61,371 bases of DNA from Paramecium tetraurelia. Its lineage: Eukaryota. Positions 1 to 14,655 of the stretch are shown here, piece after piece. The notes beneath the pieces are model-generated. The model had not been told where the DNA came from, made no database searches, and saw nothing but the letters and a program-made list of their open reading frames with translations. The position numbers were made by a program, and so were the translations under genes. Numbering within the stretch: position 1 is the stretch's first letter; every line of letters starts with the position of its first letter. The stretch is from assembly GCA_000165425.1 (NCBI GenBank), contig CT868307.1, forward strand, positions 434,001 to 495,371, written 5' to 3'.

Positions 1-3000
1 TCCTTCAAAGAGTTTGCCCACAGTGATTTAACCAAGGAGTCTGAATCTATAAAATGTCTGGAAATGTTCAATAATTTCAAATTATCCTAAATTTTACTCA
101 ATGAATTTCTTCAAAAGATCTCCCATCTACTCAACAATAACATATTCAGCTAGAGTTTCAACAGCTAATCCATTAGGTTTTCTAATATCATTATAAATGT
201 GTGATCCTGATCCTTTCATTGTGATTTCTTATTCTAAATGATTTTAGTTGATTTTCCTCAATATATCAACAGTAGTGTGTTAATCCAATCTAGAGTTGCT
301 TTACAATCCCATCTTTTGGATTAAATCTTGAATCTCAGATTTTTATGGTTTTTCCAATTTAACTTCGATTTCATAACCTTTACCAAATTTATTTTTGATA
401 TGTTAGACAGATCCAAGACATCTGAGATTACCACTAACTTGGATAGCAATCTTAGTTGATAATGCCTCTGCTTCTTCCATTGAATGAGTAGTCAATATGA
501 TAGTGCTTTATTTTCTTTGAGTTGCAATTCTTGAAATAACATTCCACATGAATCTTCTTGCCTCTGGATCCATACCAGTAGAAGGTTCATCCAAAAAGAC
601 AATTGGAGGATTTCCTATCATAGCAATTGCAACTGATAATTTTCTTTTATTTCCTCCTGAAAGTTAACCTGATTGAATATTCTCAAATCTCTTCAAATCC
701 ATCTCATTTAACTTCTTCTCAACCAATTCCTCTTTCTTATAATATGGTATTCCTTTGATATCTGAGAATAGTTCAATATGTTCTCTGACAGTAAGATTTT
801 CTAAAAGACCATCAAATTATGGACAATATCCGATATTAACTCTTGCAGCTTCTAATTCATTAATGACACTCTTGCCTGCTATGAATGCTTCTCCACTAGT
901 GGGTTTCAACTCTCCTGATAATATCTTAAATGTGGTAGTTTTTCCAGCTCCATTGACTCCCAATAAACCAAAGACCTCTCCTTAATCAATAGCAAAACTG
1001 ACTTAATCGACTGCCACTTTATGTTTGCCTTCACCCAACATAAACACTTTTCTCAGATCTTTAACAAGAATGGCTTTCTCTTCAGGCTTAAATGTTTCAC
1101 ATAATTGTTTTTCTTTAGCAACATCATCATCAATAGGTTTGGGAATGTAAGGGATACTGGCTTCACTTGATCCGAGTTTCTACAATTATCCATTATCTTC
1201 AAAGTATTCAACAATGAAGATACAAACTAAATAAAATGCACCCATTATTGCAAGCATTAATACATCTCCACCACTTACTGCCATATCGTAAGTACTCTTC
1301 ATTTCTGTCCATCCCTCCATAACCATGTATGTGTCCTTAGAACATGCATTTAATATTCCATATGCAAATGAAAATGATGGAATCAATCTGAAAATCCATT
1401 ATAAGGCAGTGGCTGCATCTCTTGTAGAGGAGATCAATCTTAGGATATAAATTATCAAACTGATGATTGATCCAACTAATAAGTGAATGAAAAAGCTTAG
1501 TAACATTGCATTTCCTTATTGTCTAAAGGCAAAACTAAAGAAATAGCAAAAAGGGATAATTGCCCAACCATATAAAAAGAAGATCACCCATGAAAATCCA
1601 TAATTCTCTCCTTCTATCAATGCAGATATATCAAATGCTAAAATCAGAAGACAACAGACAACTGCTGGAATCACATGCTTTCCTAAATCCATCAGCCAAT
1701 TACTAAACCAATATGCTTTTACTGAAACTCCAGATACTAATTATTGATGTTTGATGTTAATTTCTCTTTCCTTAACAATATATGATATCAAAGATGCAGG
1801 AATGAATGCCATACCCATAGAAAAGACTAGGGCTGATAAGAATCCAGCTATTGTTTTTGATCCATTCAACTCTTCATAAGTCTTTCTGAAAGGAGCATTG
1901 GTAACTTTGATCTAAAAATCATTGTTATTGGTAGCTTTTCTCAAGATTGCTTAATTCATTTGGTTTTGTAAGACTAGTGGAGCCTCCCTGAAGACTGTAT
2001 TCACAAACATGTAATATGCGAATTAATCATTAGTGTTACTGGTCAAATAATACCAACCAAGGTTTTCTCTTATCTCAAAAGTGTCAAAGTAACTTTGATC
2101 GATCTTCTAGAGATTATTCAAACTATCATCTCCAAACACCTGAATTGATGAATTGTACATTTAGAGATCAATCTAAGAAAACAGCGATTGATCATTTATT
2201 CCTCCCCATAAGTATTGAATTCCTTAACCATAACATTCAGATGGAGGTGTTAAAATGATAACATTTGGTTCAGTTATAAATTCTATTGTCATTAAAATCA
2301 AACCAAGAAGTACAACCAAGCAAGGTAAAAGGATTTCGCAACATAGACTCTTGACATCTCTCTTGAAATATCTTGCTCTCTTCATAAGTAATGCAAGGGT
2401 ATGATTGAAAAATAATTGAGTTGAATTTGTAATTCTTATTTGATTAATGTCGAAATCGTCAATTTATACTGCTTATTTATTCTTATCCTCCATCTCCATA
2501 TAATCATTCACTTAATGATGTCCAGCTCCAATTTAGGCAACCTTTAAAAACACTTCTTCAAGAGTTGTGATACTGATACCGTAACTTTAAATATGAAGGG
2601 CTTTTGAATTATTATCTAATTCTAAAAACAATTTTGGGAATTTATCAGCTGCATTCAAAGGTAATTACATGAGAATTTCAGCTGAAACTTTAGAAATTAA
2701 AACAGCTTCTGGACATGCCTTCATGATGACTTCAATGATTGGATCTGATTCAGTTAAAGTACTTTCTTTGACAATAGTAAGGTTGTAACCATTACCGAAT
2801 TGATTCTTCAAGAATACACTGCTTCCTGAACATTGCAATTTTCCTTCTCCCATGATACCGATTCTATCTCCTAAAAAGTCTGCCTCATCCATAAAATGAG
2901 TTGTCAATACAATGATTCTATCTTCTTTGTAGTTCTTAAGCATTTCCCAAATATATCTTCTAGCACTTGTATCCATTCCTGAGGTAGGTTCATCCAAATA

Positions 3001-5231
3001 GATTAGTTTAGAATTACCAATAAATGCGATTGCAACTGATAATCTTCTCTTTTGTCCTCCTGATAGATTCTTACTTAAATAGTCAGTCTTTTCTAGTAAA
3101 TCAACATCCTCAATCATTCTTCTAACAGCTGCAGGAATTTCATCTGGTTTCATTCCTTTGAAAGTAGCAAACATTTCCAAATGTTCTTTGACTGTCAAAT
3201 TATCAAATAAGATGTCATGTTATGGACAAACTCCCATGAATTATCTAATTTCCTCAATTTGAGTTTCAACATCCAATCCAAATACTGATGCTTCTCCTTG
3301 AGTGATATCTAAGAGACCTGTCAACATCGAAATTGTGGTAGTCTTTCCTGCTCCATTATGTCCCAATAAAGCATAGATTTAACCAATATACATTGTCAAA
3401 CTCACATTACTGACTGCTTGTTTTCCACTTGGATATATTTTAGTGAGATTAGAAATCTAGAGAACTTCTTATCTGCTTTCCTAATCCTTCAAAGCCTAGT
3501 CTACTTCTTCATATCTTTCCTGATGAATCTAGGATGATTTCTTCATTAATTTTGACTAAGCACCATTATGTGATCTATTGAAATAAGGGATGCAGAATAA
3601 AGGATGTAATTTCTTACCCCATTCATTTGGAAATACGAGATCCAAATAAATTGACATTATTAAGTAGAAGAAGATGTTTAGGATATGCATTATCAAAGCA
3701 ATATTAACAGCATAGTTTTCAACTTTAGTTGTTATTGTTGACATTGAAACACCTCTGCCTTGAGCTTCGAACAATACCATAACATCGAATGCAAAAGACA
3801 TAGCAGCATGGGAAGATATTGAGGCTCCCCAATATGATGATTCAGGAACCAACTCTGATCCACTACCAACCAAACTGATCACCATGTACATTAGCAAATA
3901 CCAAACGATGGCTACAATTAATCCGAACAATGCTCTTGTAAAAAATACACTATGATTAAATTAATTTATACCTTATAAACATAGACTAGAATATTAAGAC
4001 TATGCAAAATAGCCAATAATTCAAGAATAACACAAATCCATCAGTATGAGTAAATACTATAGCAGACAATAGGATTGTGGCTATTATGGAGATTATTGTG
4101 TAGATTATTAGATATTGAATAATCCATGATAAATAAAAGGATGTGTTGTTCAATCCCATCATTTTCATGCCTTCCCTCAGTTTTTTCTCTTTCTCATAAA
4201 TCATCGCATAAGTCATTCTCAAGTAAATGATTATTAGAGGCAATATCAAATACACTCCAAATTATCCCCTTAAAAATGTTGCAAAATCATCCTTCACTCC
4301 ATCTTATTAATGAACTAATTGAATTAAATCTTAAAATACCATAAGAGAATTTAGGGGTTATTTTTGCTTAATTGTTGGTTTCAATTCTCAAAATTATATT
4401 GTCCACAAAGGTTTGGACTGTTAACATACCAGATTCCCAATATGCATTCACCTTTTCATAATCTTAATATTTAATAGGATCCACATCCATCAAATTTGTT
4501 GGAGGAATCTCGTAATCATTAAATCCGCTTGAATTAAATCTCAATTGATAATCGTATATATTATTTCCAGCACTTTCATTAAATATTACTCCAAAGCACA
4601 CTCTAGGAACTCCATCTCTTCCATAATCCGAATCAGCAGTATAATCATTAAGCTCCTCGCTATTCTGAAATATTTTTGTTTCATAAAAGTAGTAATCTAA
4701 AGTAATCCAAATAATATTTTACTTTCCAAAATGTACTTTAATTCCTTCACAACCTCGTGATTCTCGTTTGGACCAAGAGCAACATGGCCATTGAGCCATT
4801 CTCTCTCCTATTAGTAATTGTAATTATCAATGCAATTTCTAAAATAGTCGAATTAATTACTTCATTTTAGGTAACACTTGTAACCTCGTACGAGTATCCA
4901 AAGCCTTTAGGTTTTCAAACAAATTCAAAGTTGCATTCCATTTTTGCATAAGCTTCATTCTAGTTTCTATTTCTTATTCATTAATCAAAGGAGACAATTC
5001 CACTGGAACATTGGGATCTTCTGATCTCCATTCAAGTTTAGGCTCCAAAAAGCCTGTTTCATCAAGATTAACCTTATCTACAACGCCTCTAAAGAATTAA
5101 ACCAACAGTTACCTTATTCCAGCCAAAGCCAATATCAATAATAATGGTAAAACGATTTCACAAGTTGAACAGAAACAGTTTCTCTTCCAAAGAATCCAAT
5201 TTTTCTTAAGTAATGAGGATAGATGACCCAT
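1..5231 (-). CDS. ABC transporter, subfamily A (full-size, 2xTMD+2xNBD); 3' end runs off the window
   Basis: ATG at 5231 ([18 protein letters not shown]...). NBD1 has [23 protein letters not shown] and [12 protein letters not shown]2 has [23 protein letters not shown] and [10 protein letters not shown]. Tiny introns, e.g. 5089-5112 and 3950-3971. TAA/TAG read as Gln. Confidence 0.95.
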
Positions 5232-6146
5232 ATAAGTTTATTTTATTTATTGACATAAAGTTTGGGTTATCTTAGTTCTTAAATTGCGTATTCTATATTT
5301 AATTATAGAATATTTCATTCATTCAATAGAAAGAATAACTCAGATTTTTGGAAATTCCAAAATAATTATTCTAAATTTTCTTATTAAAAATCATTTAAAT
5401 TCATTTCAATAGGTTCAGTCTTAGCTGTTTTACTTAATTAAATTGAATTTTAAAAAATCATAAAGGTATAAGCTATTGAAGACGAGTGTAAACAAAAATT
5501 ATGAAGAAACGCAAATTTTATAAAGAAAAATAATTTAATAAACTCTTAAAATAATTTTGTGTCACTTAATGCTTTCCTTACATTCTAATACTACAAAATT
5601 CTTCGTTTTCTCTTCAAAATATGAACATTAATTGAAAAACAATTTGTTAACAAAATTAAAATACATAATATATAAACTATATATATGTTGAACAATTATC
5701 ATTTGAGTTTCATAAATAATTAAACAGACTTTACTATTTCTATTATTAAACAACCTTAGATCAAAAATGAACTCTACTAGCCAACCTTATGATTGATATC
5801 GAAAATTGATATCTGTTCATTCATCTACTAGCTGGATACACTAATAGAAATTGAGATATTTCAAAAGCTCTATGAACCCATTAACCAGAAATAGTATATT
5901 AACCATTGAGTTAAAATATCAATAAAAGGAGTAATGATAATCAAATCAATGTCTCCATTTCATTGCCATAATGATGACTAGGAATTCAAAAGGCACACGT
6001 CTCTTGAATGACCATTAAATAAACAATATGATTAACTATTTTAAAATTTTAATTAAATTATTTTAAATATAATTAAATGATTTTATAACTGTATAACATT
6101 ATTATACATACATGAGTCTCAATATATTCTCAATTTAAGAAGAAAG

Positions 6147-6807
6147 TCATTTGTGAAATTTTAAATCCTATATTTTTTTGGCTGATTGAGAAATGAAGCT
6201 TTTATGATTACTTAACATACTTTTGGGTATGTTAGAGAAAATTTACTTGTTTCCTGATGTTGCAGGCAATTGCTGAGATGTTTTCAAATAGACCCTTTAC
6301 TATTAAATTTCTTATAAAATTAGAGTATTTTCAGTGCTTATTGTTTAATCTTTTCTTGATTTTGTTTCAGTATTAATATGGTATTTACTGACTTCTTTTA
6401 CAAAGTAAACATTGATTTTATCGTCGTTGAACACAACCTTAGGTGATATAGACTTGTAGGTATCACCTTCTTTGAGATTCTATTAACCATCTATTTCTTT
6501 GGCAGATTTTCTTTGAACACTTGGTTGTGGTATTTTTAAATGCTCATCGCCTTAATAAAGAATTGAGCATACTTTTTTATTTGATTAAAGTTTTAGAACT
6601 CTTGCAAAAAGAAAGAAATCCTTTTGAGTTAGTAACTTACTTTTTTTACATCAATTTCAAATCCTTTTTTCCACTGCTCAAGTCTTTTAATGTTATTGAG
6701 GTCCTTCTATTATTTGATCCAATTCGGGCAGTGTTATTACTGTTTTGTAAATTGTTGATTGATTTTTTATTACAACAAATCAAGTTTAATGCTTTTTCGC
6801 TTTTCAT
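6147..6807 (-). CDS. hypothetical protein
   Basis: Open ATG-to-TGA in the ciliate code after removing one short GT..AG intron near 6621-6640; no recognisable domain. Confidence 0.6.
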
Positions 6808-7143
6808 CCGATTTAATATTACAATAATAAAACAATATTAAAAATCATATTAAAAGTGTTGTTGTTGTTATATTAATAATACTTATTTGATTTATATTAG
6901 AATTATAAATTAAAACTGCAAATAATATTATTTTTTTTTCATCAGAATTAACTAATGTTCCTTTTTAAATACTTTACGAATCTAAACAATGAAGAATATC
7001 TAAATATAGTAATGTAGAATTATTAATAAAAATAAAATGGCATATTATATTGATTAATAGCAAAAGTGAGTCTTATACAAATTTTCTGGAGTTATAATTA
7101 TATAATATGAATAAATTCCAAATCCAAATACGAATTTGTTTTA

Positions 7144-7443
7144 ATGATTTAAATAAATGAAAACAAGCTTAAAATTAATCTCATCAAAAAGAAGCCTAAC
7201 CTCTAGATTCAAACCTCCTCTTTACCTCCAGTTTATGAAACCTAAATCAAATCTACTTAACCTTTCCATATCGAGAATGAAATCGATTCACCAGAAGTTA
7301 AGAAGTTTTAAGCCCTACTACTTGACTCCTTAACTAAAAACCACAGATTATCTCAAAAATTTAAATTATTCTAACCCATAATGATAAAAGAGGATTTAGA
7401 ATAGCACTCAAGAACAAAATTGCCAAGACCAACAAATTATTGA
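7144..7443 (+). CDS. small hypothetical protein (99 aa)
   Basis: Single-exon ORF MIQINENKLKINLIKKKPNLQIQTSSLPPVYE...; no domain recognised. Confidence 0.5.
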
Positions 7444-7664
7444 ACTCTGAATAATAGTTTATGTTTATTAATTAAAAACATTATAAACAATTAAAAAAGT
7501 CTGATTAATTCTCCTTTTGATTAATTACAATATTTTCCTGACATCCAATGAAATGTAATGTGAGCCAAAAGTCAGAAGATTGCACTTGATTATTTAATGA
7601 AATCATAGAAGTCTAAAAATACTTAGAAAAAGACAAATTGTAATTTATTAATATAGTAAATATA

Positions 7665-9051
7665 ATGAATAAAAAAGAAACATTTTTTTTATCTCATCAA
7701 GTTGATTTGGGACTCAAATCTAATGAAGACAGCTTTAGGCCAATAGCTACAGCTGCTTGCACTGGCAGCGAATTTAATTTTGACGATAAATTCTCTTAAA
7801 CAGTTACTTCATCCAAATTTATGAAACCGAATTCAATGCATAGCATTCGAAATATTTTTGATGGTATTTATTGATAATGTATGAAAGAGGTCAATAATGA
7901 AGAAAGAAAAAAATATACTGACAGTCAAATTGGACCCAGATTTGAGGATGATAAAAAAGAAAAGATTGTAAAATGGTCTATTGTTGGAAAACCTGAATAG
8001 TTTCTATCTGTGAGGAATAAACATAGATAAAAAGTTGTTATTAAACAAAAAAAAGGAGATGGGGATGATTCCTTTTCAGATGAAGTTCCATCATCAGTCA
8101 AACCAATTATGTTATAGTAATCTTAATCATAAATTTCGGGAATGGGATAACAAAGAAAAACACCAAAAAAACCAAGAGGAGAATTTAAAATGCTAGCAAG
8201 ACAAGAAGCCTTAATCAAAATGGTTGAAGCCAAAAAAAGAATAGAATCCAATCTCAAAGAAAAACAAATGTATGAGCAAAATCTTCCTCTTCATTTACAA
8301 AATGCTGTAACAAGAGAAAAAAGAGTTTTGGATAAATTCGATGTATAAAAAGAAAAGTGGGAGTTTTTCAATAATTAGATAGCATCAAATTGTGAAAGGA
8401 ATCCTTATAACACAATCATGATTAGATCTGACAATTATAGAGAAAAAAACTAGAAGATTAGCATAATTGAATCTTTAAAAAACGAAGATGAAAAATACAA
8501 TAATCGACTTTGGTATATGAGACTAAGATGGTACGATAATAAAGATGAGAGACCTCCTTTCACTTTAATTACAAAACCTAAATAAAAAAGTCTCCCGTTA
8601 TCTAGCAGATTAGTTAATCGATATGTGAAGGACCCTGAAGCTGAACATTTAGCTTATTAAGAGAATTTCGTATTATCAGACATTTAAAGCAACTTTAATA
8701 CTAAGATTATTGAAAATCCTTATTAGCAAATTGAAAAAGTGATTACAAATAGTAAATTAAATGCCACTATATTTAGATAAGCACAATAAACTATATAGTA
8801 AAAAGTTAGAATAGATGTTTACTGATAAAATTAAGGATAAGCCAAAAAAGCGATATGTGGATACAAATGAATATCTTGAAGTTGAGGGAATTAATGTTTA
8901 CAGCAAAGAACTTGATTTTATTCGAAACAATAAATAGCAAGAATACCAGTATTTCGAGGAAAAGCAGGATGAATAAGAGGTATATATAGAAAATTGGAAT
9001 GCTCAATAATTAGCTAAAACTGGATAACCACTGAATTATGAATTGAATTGA
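7665..9051 (+). CDS. hypothetical protein, weak resemblance to the MYCBP-associated (ciliary) protein N-terminal region
   Basis: Open with two tiny introns (near 7864-7887 and 8752-8776). Segments REKRVLDKF...IRSDNYREK...RLWYMRLR and YLEVEG. The family resemblance is from memory only. Confidence 0.6.
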
Positions 9052-9092
9052 AATATTTTGTATTTAATTAATTTAAAAATAAATGTAAGTGT

Positions 9093-12000
9093 TCATAAAT
9101 TTATAAGAATTCTTAGAGTTCTTTCAAATGCTTCATCATTGTATAGGGTCTATTCTGGAATGAGATAAATCAATTAGACGATGTTTCTACTATTTTTATA
9201 CATTATGGGTTGAATCACAGTTATAATTACTATTAATACACCCAGTAAGACTAGTAAGTACAAGATATTGAATATCTAAAAATATATTTTAATCAATAAA
9301 CATTACTATTTGCTATTCAACTAAAGATGTTGTAATCTCAATCAAATCATCATAAAATGATTTGTTAATCACATTTATAATCTCTGATATCATATAAGCA
9401 CCTTCAAGTTCATTAGATGTTGGACGGGCTCTATATGTAAAATTGTTAATAGCCATATCTGTTTGGATTAGACTCGAGATATAAACTAGCATAATTTTGA
9501 GTCCTCTCTTCATGTTCCCGTTCATTGTTATAGGACATAGTAATTTTGATTTATCGATCAAATATTCAGGTAAATAGTCACATAGATTCTCTATTAAAAT
9601 CTTGTTATAAAACACTTCAAACTAGTCACTCATCAATATTCTACATAAAACCAATAATATACTCAGTAAAATCAAGATTTTCGGATGTAAATGCTATTGT
9701 CTAATTCAATGATTCCTAAACATAATGGAATATTGTATCGAAATAAGAAGAATCCAAATACATATAATTTTTTCGCCCATAAAGCACTTCTCTTTATGCA
9801 AACATTAGAGGTATATCTCCACTTAAGTCACTTAATTATTTCTTAAAAGCAGCTGTTTATGGATATTTTCTTAAATAATTCATATATGAAACATAATTCA
9901 CAACAGGACATACCAGAATTAATATATAAAATATACCAAGGAATATCGTGAATTAAGTTATTGGGAGTTTCTTTTAATCAAGCATTCTATGTGTTTTTTA
10001 TTTTTCTACTGTTCTATCCGTTTTCTTTGCTAAAAACGAAGCCTCTTTTTCAAAAAGGTCAAACTTATAAAAAAATAGTTTTGTTCTATCCTCTAATAGT
10101 AAATTTAACAATGATTTTTGTTTAACTATTTCTCTTTACAAATAAGTATCATCTACAAACTAAGTTAGAGATAAAAACAGCTGCAATTTATTTGCTGTAA
10201 AACGTTTTAATCCTAAGATTATTAGAATTACCATAAATATTATTGCTTGTTCAGAAATGAAAATAGTAAGAAGTTCTTACTGATATTCTTACCCTCTAGC
10301 AATAGTTGCGACCATTATGTCATCATTTAATTCATGAAGTATATCCCTTAATAAGGGATAATTTTTAAAACTATAAAATATTTATGGACTATCTGCCTTG
10401 ACTGTTTTTTCATAAACATAGTTCATTTTTAGGATGTATTAAAAATTTAATAGTATTTAAATAGCACTTCTCAATGTCATATTGTATTTCTCGTTCTGAT
10501 ATGTGTCTGTATATTAAAAAATTTAGAGAATCTTATTCTATAGCAAGTATTATAAATCATATTTGTACAAGACAGATTGCATATTGAAATTCAACTAATC
10601 ATATCCCTCCCCTAAATTGGAGATCGAGAACTTTGATAATTCATCATATTCTTCCTATGTGATTATTTCATTTTATTTTTCATAATTGTATGTCCACAAA
10701 TTCCATCTTGTAGCCAAAAACATATCTAATGGTTAAAAAAATAAATTCTTAATTTCTAGTAAATTGATATCTCTTGCAAAACCTATCAAATTTAAACTTA
10801 ATAACTCCTAAAAATATTGTTAATTTAATTACAATTATTATAAACAACATTGATATAGTAATGCACAAGATAAACAATAAGACAATTATCTATTAATACT
10901 TCTTCAAGGGTAAATGATTGTTAAATCTATTGATTAAACTGTATTTTCTAATAAAATTGGATTATCTTAATTATTCAATTGAAGAACTCTGTTATGATTT
11001 CATCTCCTAAAGGAACTGCTCCTCTTCCTACTAAATTTTGAATTGTTATTCCTATATAGTGTTAGACTTTTCATATGCCATCTGATTCTTATCAAGATCA
11101 TTATGCAAGAAATATTATTCCTCATCTCTGGAGGTTATCAATTAATGTAGGTCTATATCAAATTTTTTTATTTACTCATCCGATTAGTATGGTATTTATA
11201 AGGCTTCATTCTAATCTAATTCATTACAATTAGTATTAAATCCTTTAAGAGATGCAAAAGACGTATACGTTTATAGGACAGAATCTTTTCTAATAGAAAG
11301 GAAATTTCTAAAGTTTTCCAATTCTAAAATATAATATTTTATTTATCCATCAATTTTCTTTATAATGACATTTACATCGCAATAATAATTAATTTGCTCT
11401 TAAGTTTCATTAAAAAAACTTTAACGGGATTTTATATTTGGATGACTATAGTATAAGGAACTTTCAATTAGACATGACTAGGTGACTGAATTTAATTCAT
11501 TGATTATTTTATTTACAAAGGTTCCAAGCTTAAATACCTTTTTTATGAAAGGTATTTAATTAAAGGCTTCTGAAATAGATTTTATTTCAAAATTATCATT
11601 TGTTACCATTGTAAATAGGCTATTTTTGAAATTCCTTAAAGTAAATAGTGTGATAAATTGGACTTTGTGAGTATAAATAATATCAATTGCAAAATCTATC
11701 GATTCAATAAATCCATCTTTGAAAATGTAATTTTTGTTGAAATTTCTAGTAAATTTAGATTAAGCTGTAGTTAAATAATTCTATATCAGATCATCATGAT
11801 GTTCTCTTATCCCAAAAGGTATTAATTCATTCAATAACTTATTTTTGTATTATTAGGGTCCATTGCTTGAGACAGTTTCAATGCTATACTATTAATCTTA
11901 GAAATTAACTATCATGTATCTTATTTTTCTATTTGAAAATGATTCTTTTATTAATGGGTTTGCGCTTTTTCTAGTATGAATAAGAATTTCATTCGCCTGT

Positions 12001-13217
12001 ATTATATCATTAAGAATTTCTGCATAGAAAAATAATATAAGCGATTGAACACAACCAACAGATTCCTTGTATTAAAATTAATCCAATTTAATTCTAGTAT
12101 TTCTGATTTTTTAAATTAATACAATGATCTCTTCAATTGTATTTTGATACCAATTTTAGAGAAGGTCTATTTTTAGTTTAATAATATGAGTGATTTCTTA
12201 TGAAATTGCCTAGGTTTGAGAATCGTTCAAAATCAATTTTAAGGCTAAATCTTTTTGTATTGATAATTATTTTACGTTCTTATTAACATTAAAATTAAAT
12301 TCATCGACGGCTTATTTTTGAATCAATTTTAATTTAATTTTTCTTAAGGTGTTTGTTTCTTATTGTTTTAGTAAAATCATAAAGCATTCATAATAGCTGT
12401 TTTATTTAAGTAGTATGGAGGCCTTTATTATTGGATCCTTTGAATTGAGATTAGAATTATTGTTGTTCATTCTAAATGCAATTTTAAAGAAGAATGGCAC
12501 CAAAATCAAGGTATAAGAGTTTTCATATTTTATAAATTAGGCAATTCCCAGGCATATCGTTAATAATTAGATGGAGAAGATTATAGCTTGATTTCGGATA
12601 TTCATATCTGATTTTTCATTTAGTATCATTAATATATATACAAGAGAATTGATCAATGAGATAACTTATATTAAAAAGATATCAATTCTAAATTCTTGTC
12701 CGATTATCAAAAAAATATCCAAGAGAAATTTGATCGTTCCTAATAAACTAATTCTAACTAATTGAAAATTCTTTTAATTTACATTCAATGTCCATTAAAT
12801 GAAAAAATATTCGAATGTCTAAAACATCAAAATGATGCCTCCCACTATATAACCAAATAAATCTTTGAATTATTCCAACACAATATTTAACAATGACACC
12901 TTCAATAATGTATTTATGGTACTCGATATAGAACTTCCAATTATAGTAGGCTTCAAAATATAAAACAAATGGAATATCACAAAAACTAAACCAAAAATTG
13001 AAAAATTTTCAATCTATATAGCCTGCGAAGGTCTAATTATAATCACAAAAAAATACACCCATGAGGTAGGGGTTTGACTATAGATATATGAAAGATTTCT
13101 TAAAGATGAATGTATTTTAAAGAGATTTACCCACTTTTCAGATATATCCAATGCTTGATTATCATACAAATGATAATTTGTTAAAAATGCATCTAAAATA
13201 AGATTTGAGTTTCCCAT
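9093..13217 (-). CDS. large multi-pass membrane protein with PAS-like domain (Tmc/tiny-macrocyst-like family)
   Basis: About 4.1 kb. N- and C-terminal hydrophobic helices. Central LNELIPFGIREHHDDLIQNYLTTAQSKF (about 11750-11840). C-terminal LIYLIPEQTLYNDEAFERTLRILINL*. Confidence 0.75.
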
Positions 13218-13518
13218 CCTTATTTAAGATTATTAAAATAAATTTTTATAATAAATTGTACTTATAAGGAAAAAACCAATCAAAAATCGAATTAATATCA
13301 ATTTTATCTATTCGAATGATCGGATCATCATAAGATTGGTTGATGAAAGATTTCAATAGAAAGCTCTGAAGTTTAAATTAAATAATATTTTTTCAAAAAA
13401 GTCTGTAAAAAATTATATTAATTAATACTATTAATTTAATTCTGGATTTACTTAGAATAAAAGTCTAATAATGAAATATAATAAAATATAAATTATTTAG
13501 AATTTTATTAATAAATAA

Positions 13519-14570
13519 TCATTATTCGCTTTCCTTTTTGATTTCGTTCTTCTTAACATCATTTTATGGTGATTGCGTAGATCCATTTTAAAATATTTGC
13601 GCGTTCATTTACTGGTGCTTTAATTATGAAAACATCTAAAAATTAAACGCATTTTTATTTGCACTCATATTCATCAAAAATTATAGAGAATTTGCAGATA
13701 AGTTATTTTACTATTGAGAGAAGAACTATTATTATTGACTAGGTTATTCTTGTTTTATTTGTATAACACTATTCTTTTTTTATTCTCCTAATAACGATGG
13801 CTAAGAATTATCTCTATTTCCTAGAATAATCAATCTGAAATACTTAATTCTTCTTCTTATTCTTATTATAACCTTTAAACAATCTCAGTTAGAATATTGG
13901 AATAGTTAGCGAATCGCTGTTAATTTTTCGATTGCATATTTGATAGTTCTTGAGTTAGTTGTTGACTTTCCTAGAACAGTGTTTCGTTTTATTGCATAAT
14001 TTATTAGAGTGCTACCTGTAGTTGTTTTTAACTATCAGCAATGGCTTAAATTTCATTTTTAAGTTCCTTTTGTGCCTTCTTAAATTGCTCAATTTCATCA
14101 ACTATTTGTGGAATTTCCTAAGATTCTTAATATATATAAAACATCTTTATCATCATTTTCTTCCTAATTTCTTCTTTTAATGTTAGTCAGCAAGGCTCTT
14201 CCGTCCCTTCTAAACCATTTATGTTCAAATTTTTAATTAATGTCATCAGCTTTGCTTTTTTTAAAATTATACATATTGAGCTATCTAAAATTTAGAATAA
14301 AATTCACCTTAAAAAGCTAGGATAATTCTTATGTTTGAAATATTTTGGCAATATTTTATCAGCCAGTAGTTGTTGATTTCTTACAATGAATGCATTTCCT
14401 TCTGTATTCCATCCAATTATATCTTTTAGATCTTCATTCTATTGTCAAATATTAGATAATACATCCATAATATCGAAGAGTCTAACTAAAAATGATGGCA
14501 CACTTCCTTTTTATCTTTATTCTGAACTTTAACTTTAAGAATCTTAGAAATTATCACTGCTCTCTTACAT
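13519..14570 (-). CDS. HSF-type DNA-binding transcription factor
   Basis: VPSFLVRLFDIMD-NEDLKDIIGWNTEGNAFIV...[25 protein letters not shown] after splicing two tiny introns; a coiled-coil follows. Confidence 0.92.
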
Positions 14571-14655
14571 TTTATTTAAAAATATTATTGTTTTGATTTT
14601 TAGTAAAAATTAATATGTATATTCATAACTAATATCTTAAAAAATATTGACGAAT

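Noticed and set aside
5968..6020. ATGATGA followed by a weak hairpin (possible C/D snoRNA or type II SECIS)
   Set aside because: No CTGA D box, no 3' GA core pairing, and no recognisable selenoprotein upstream.
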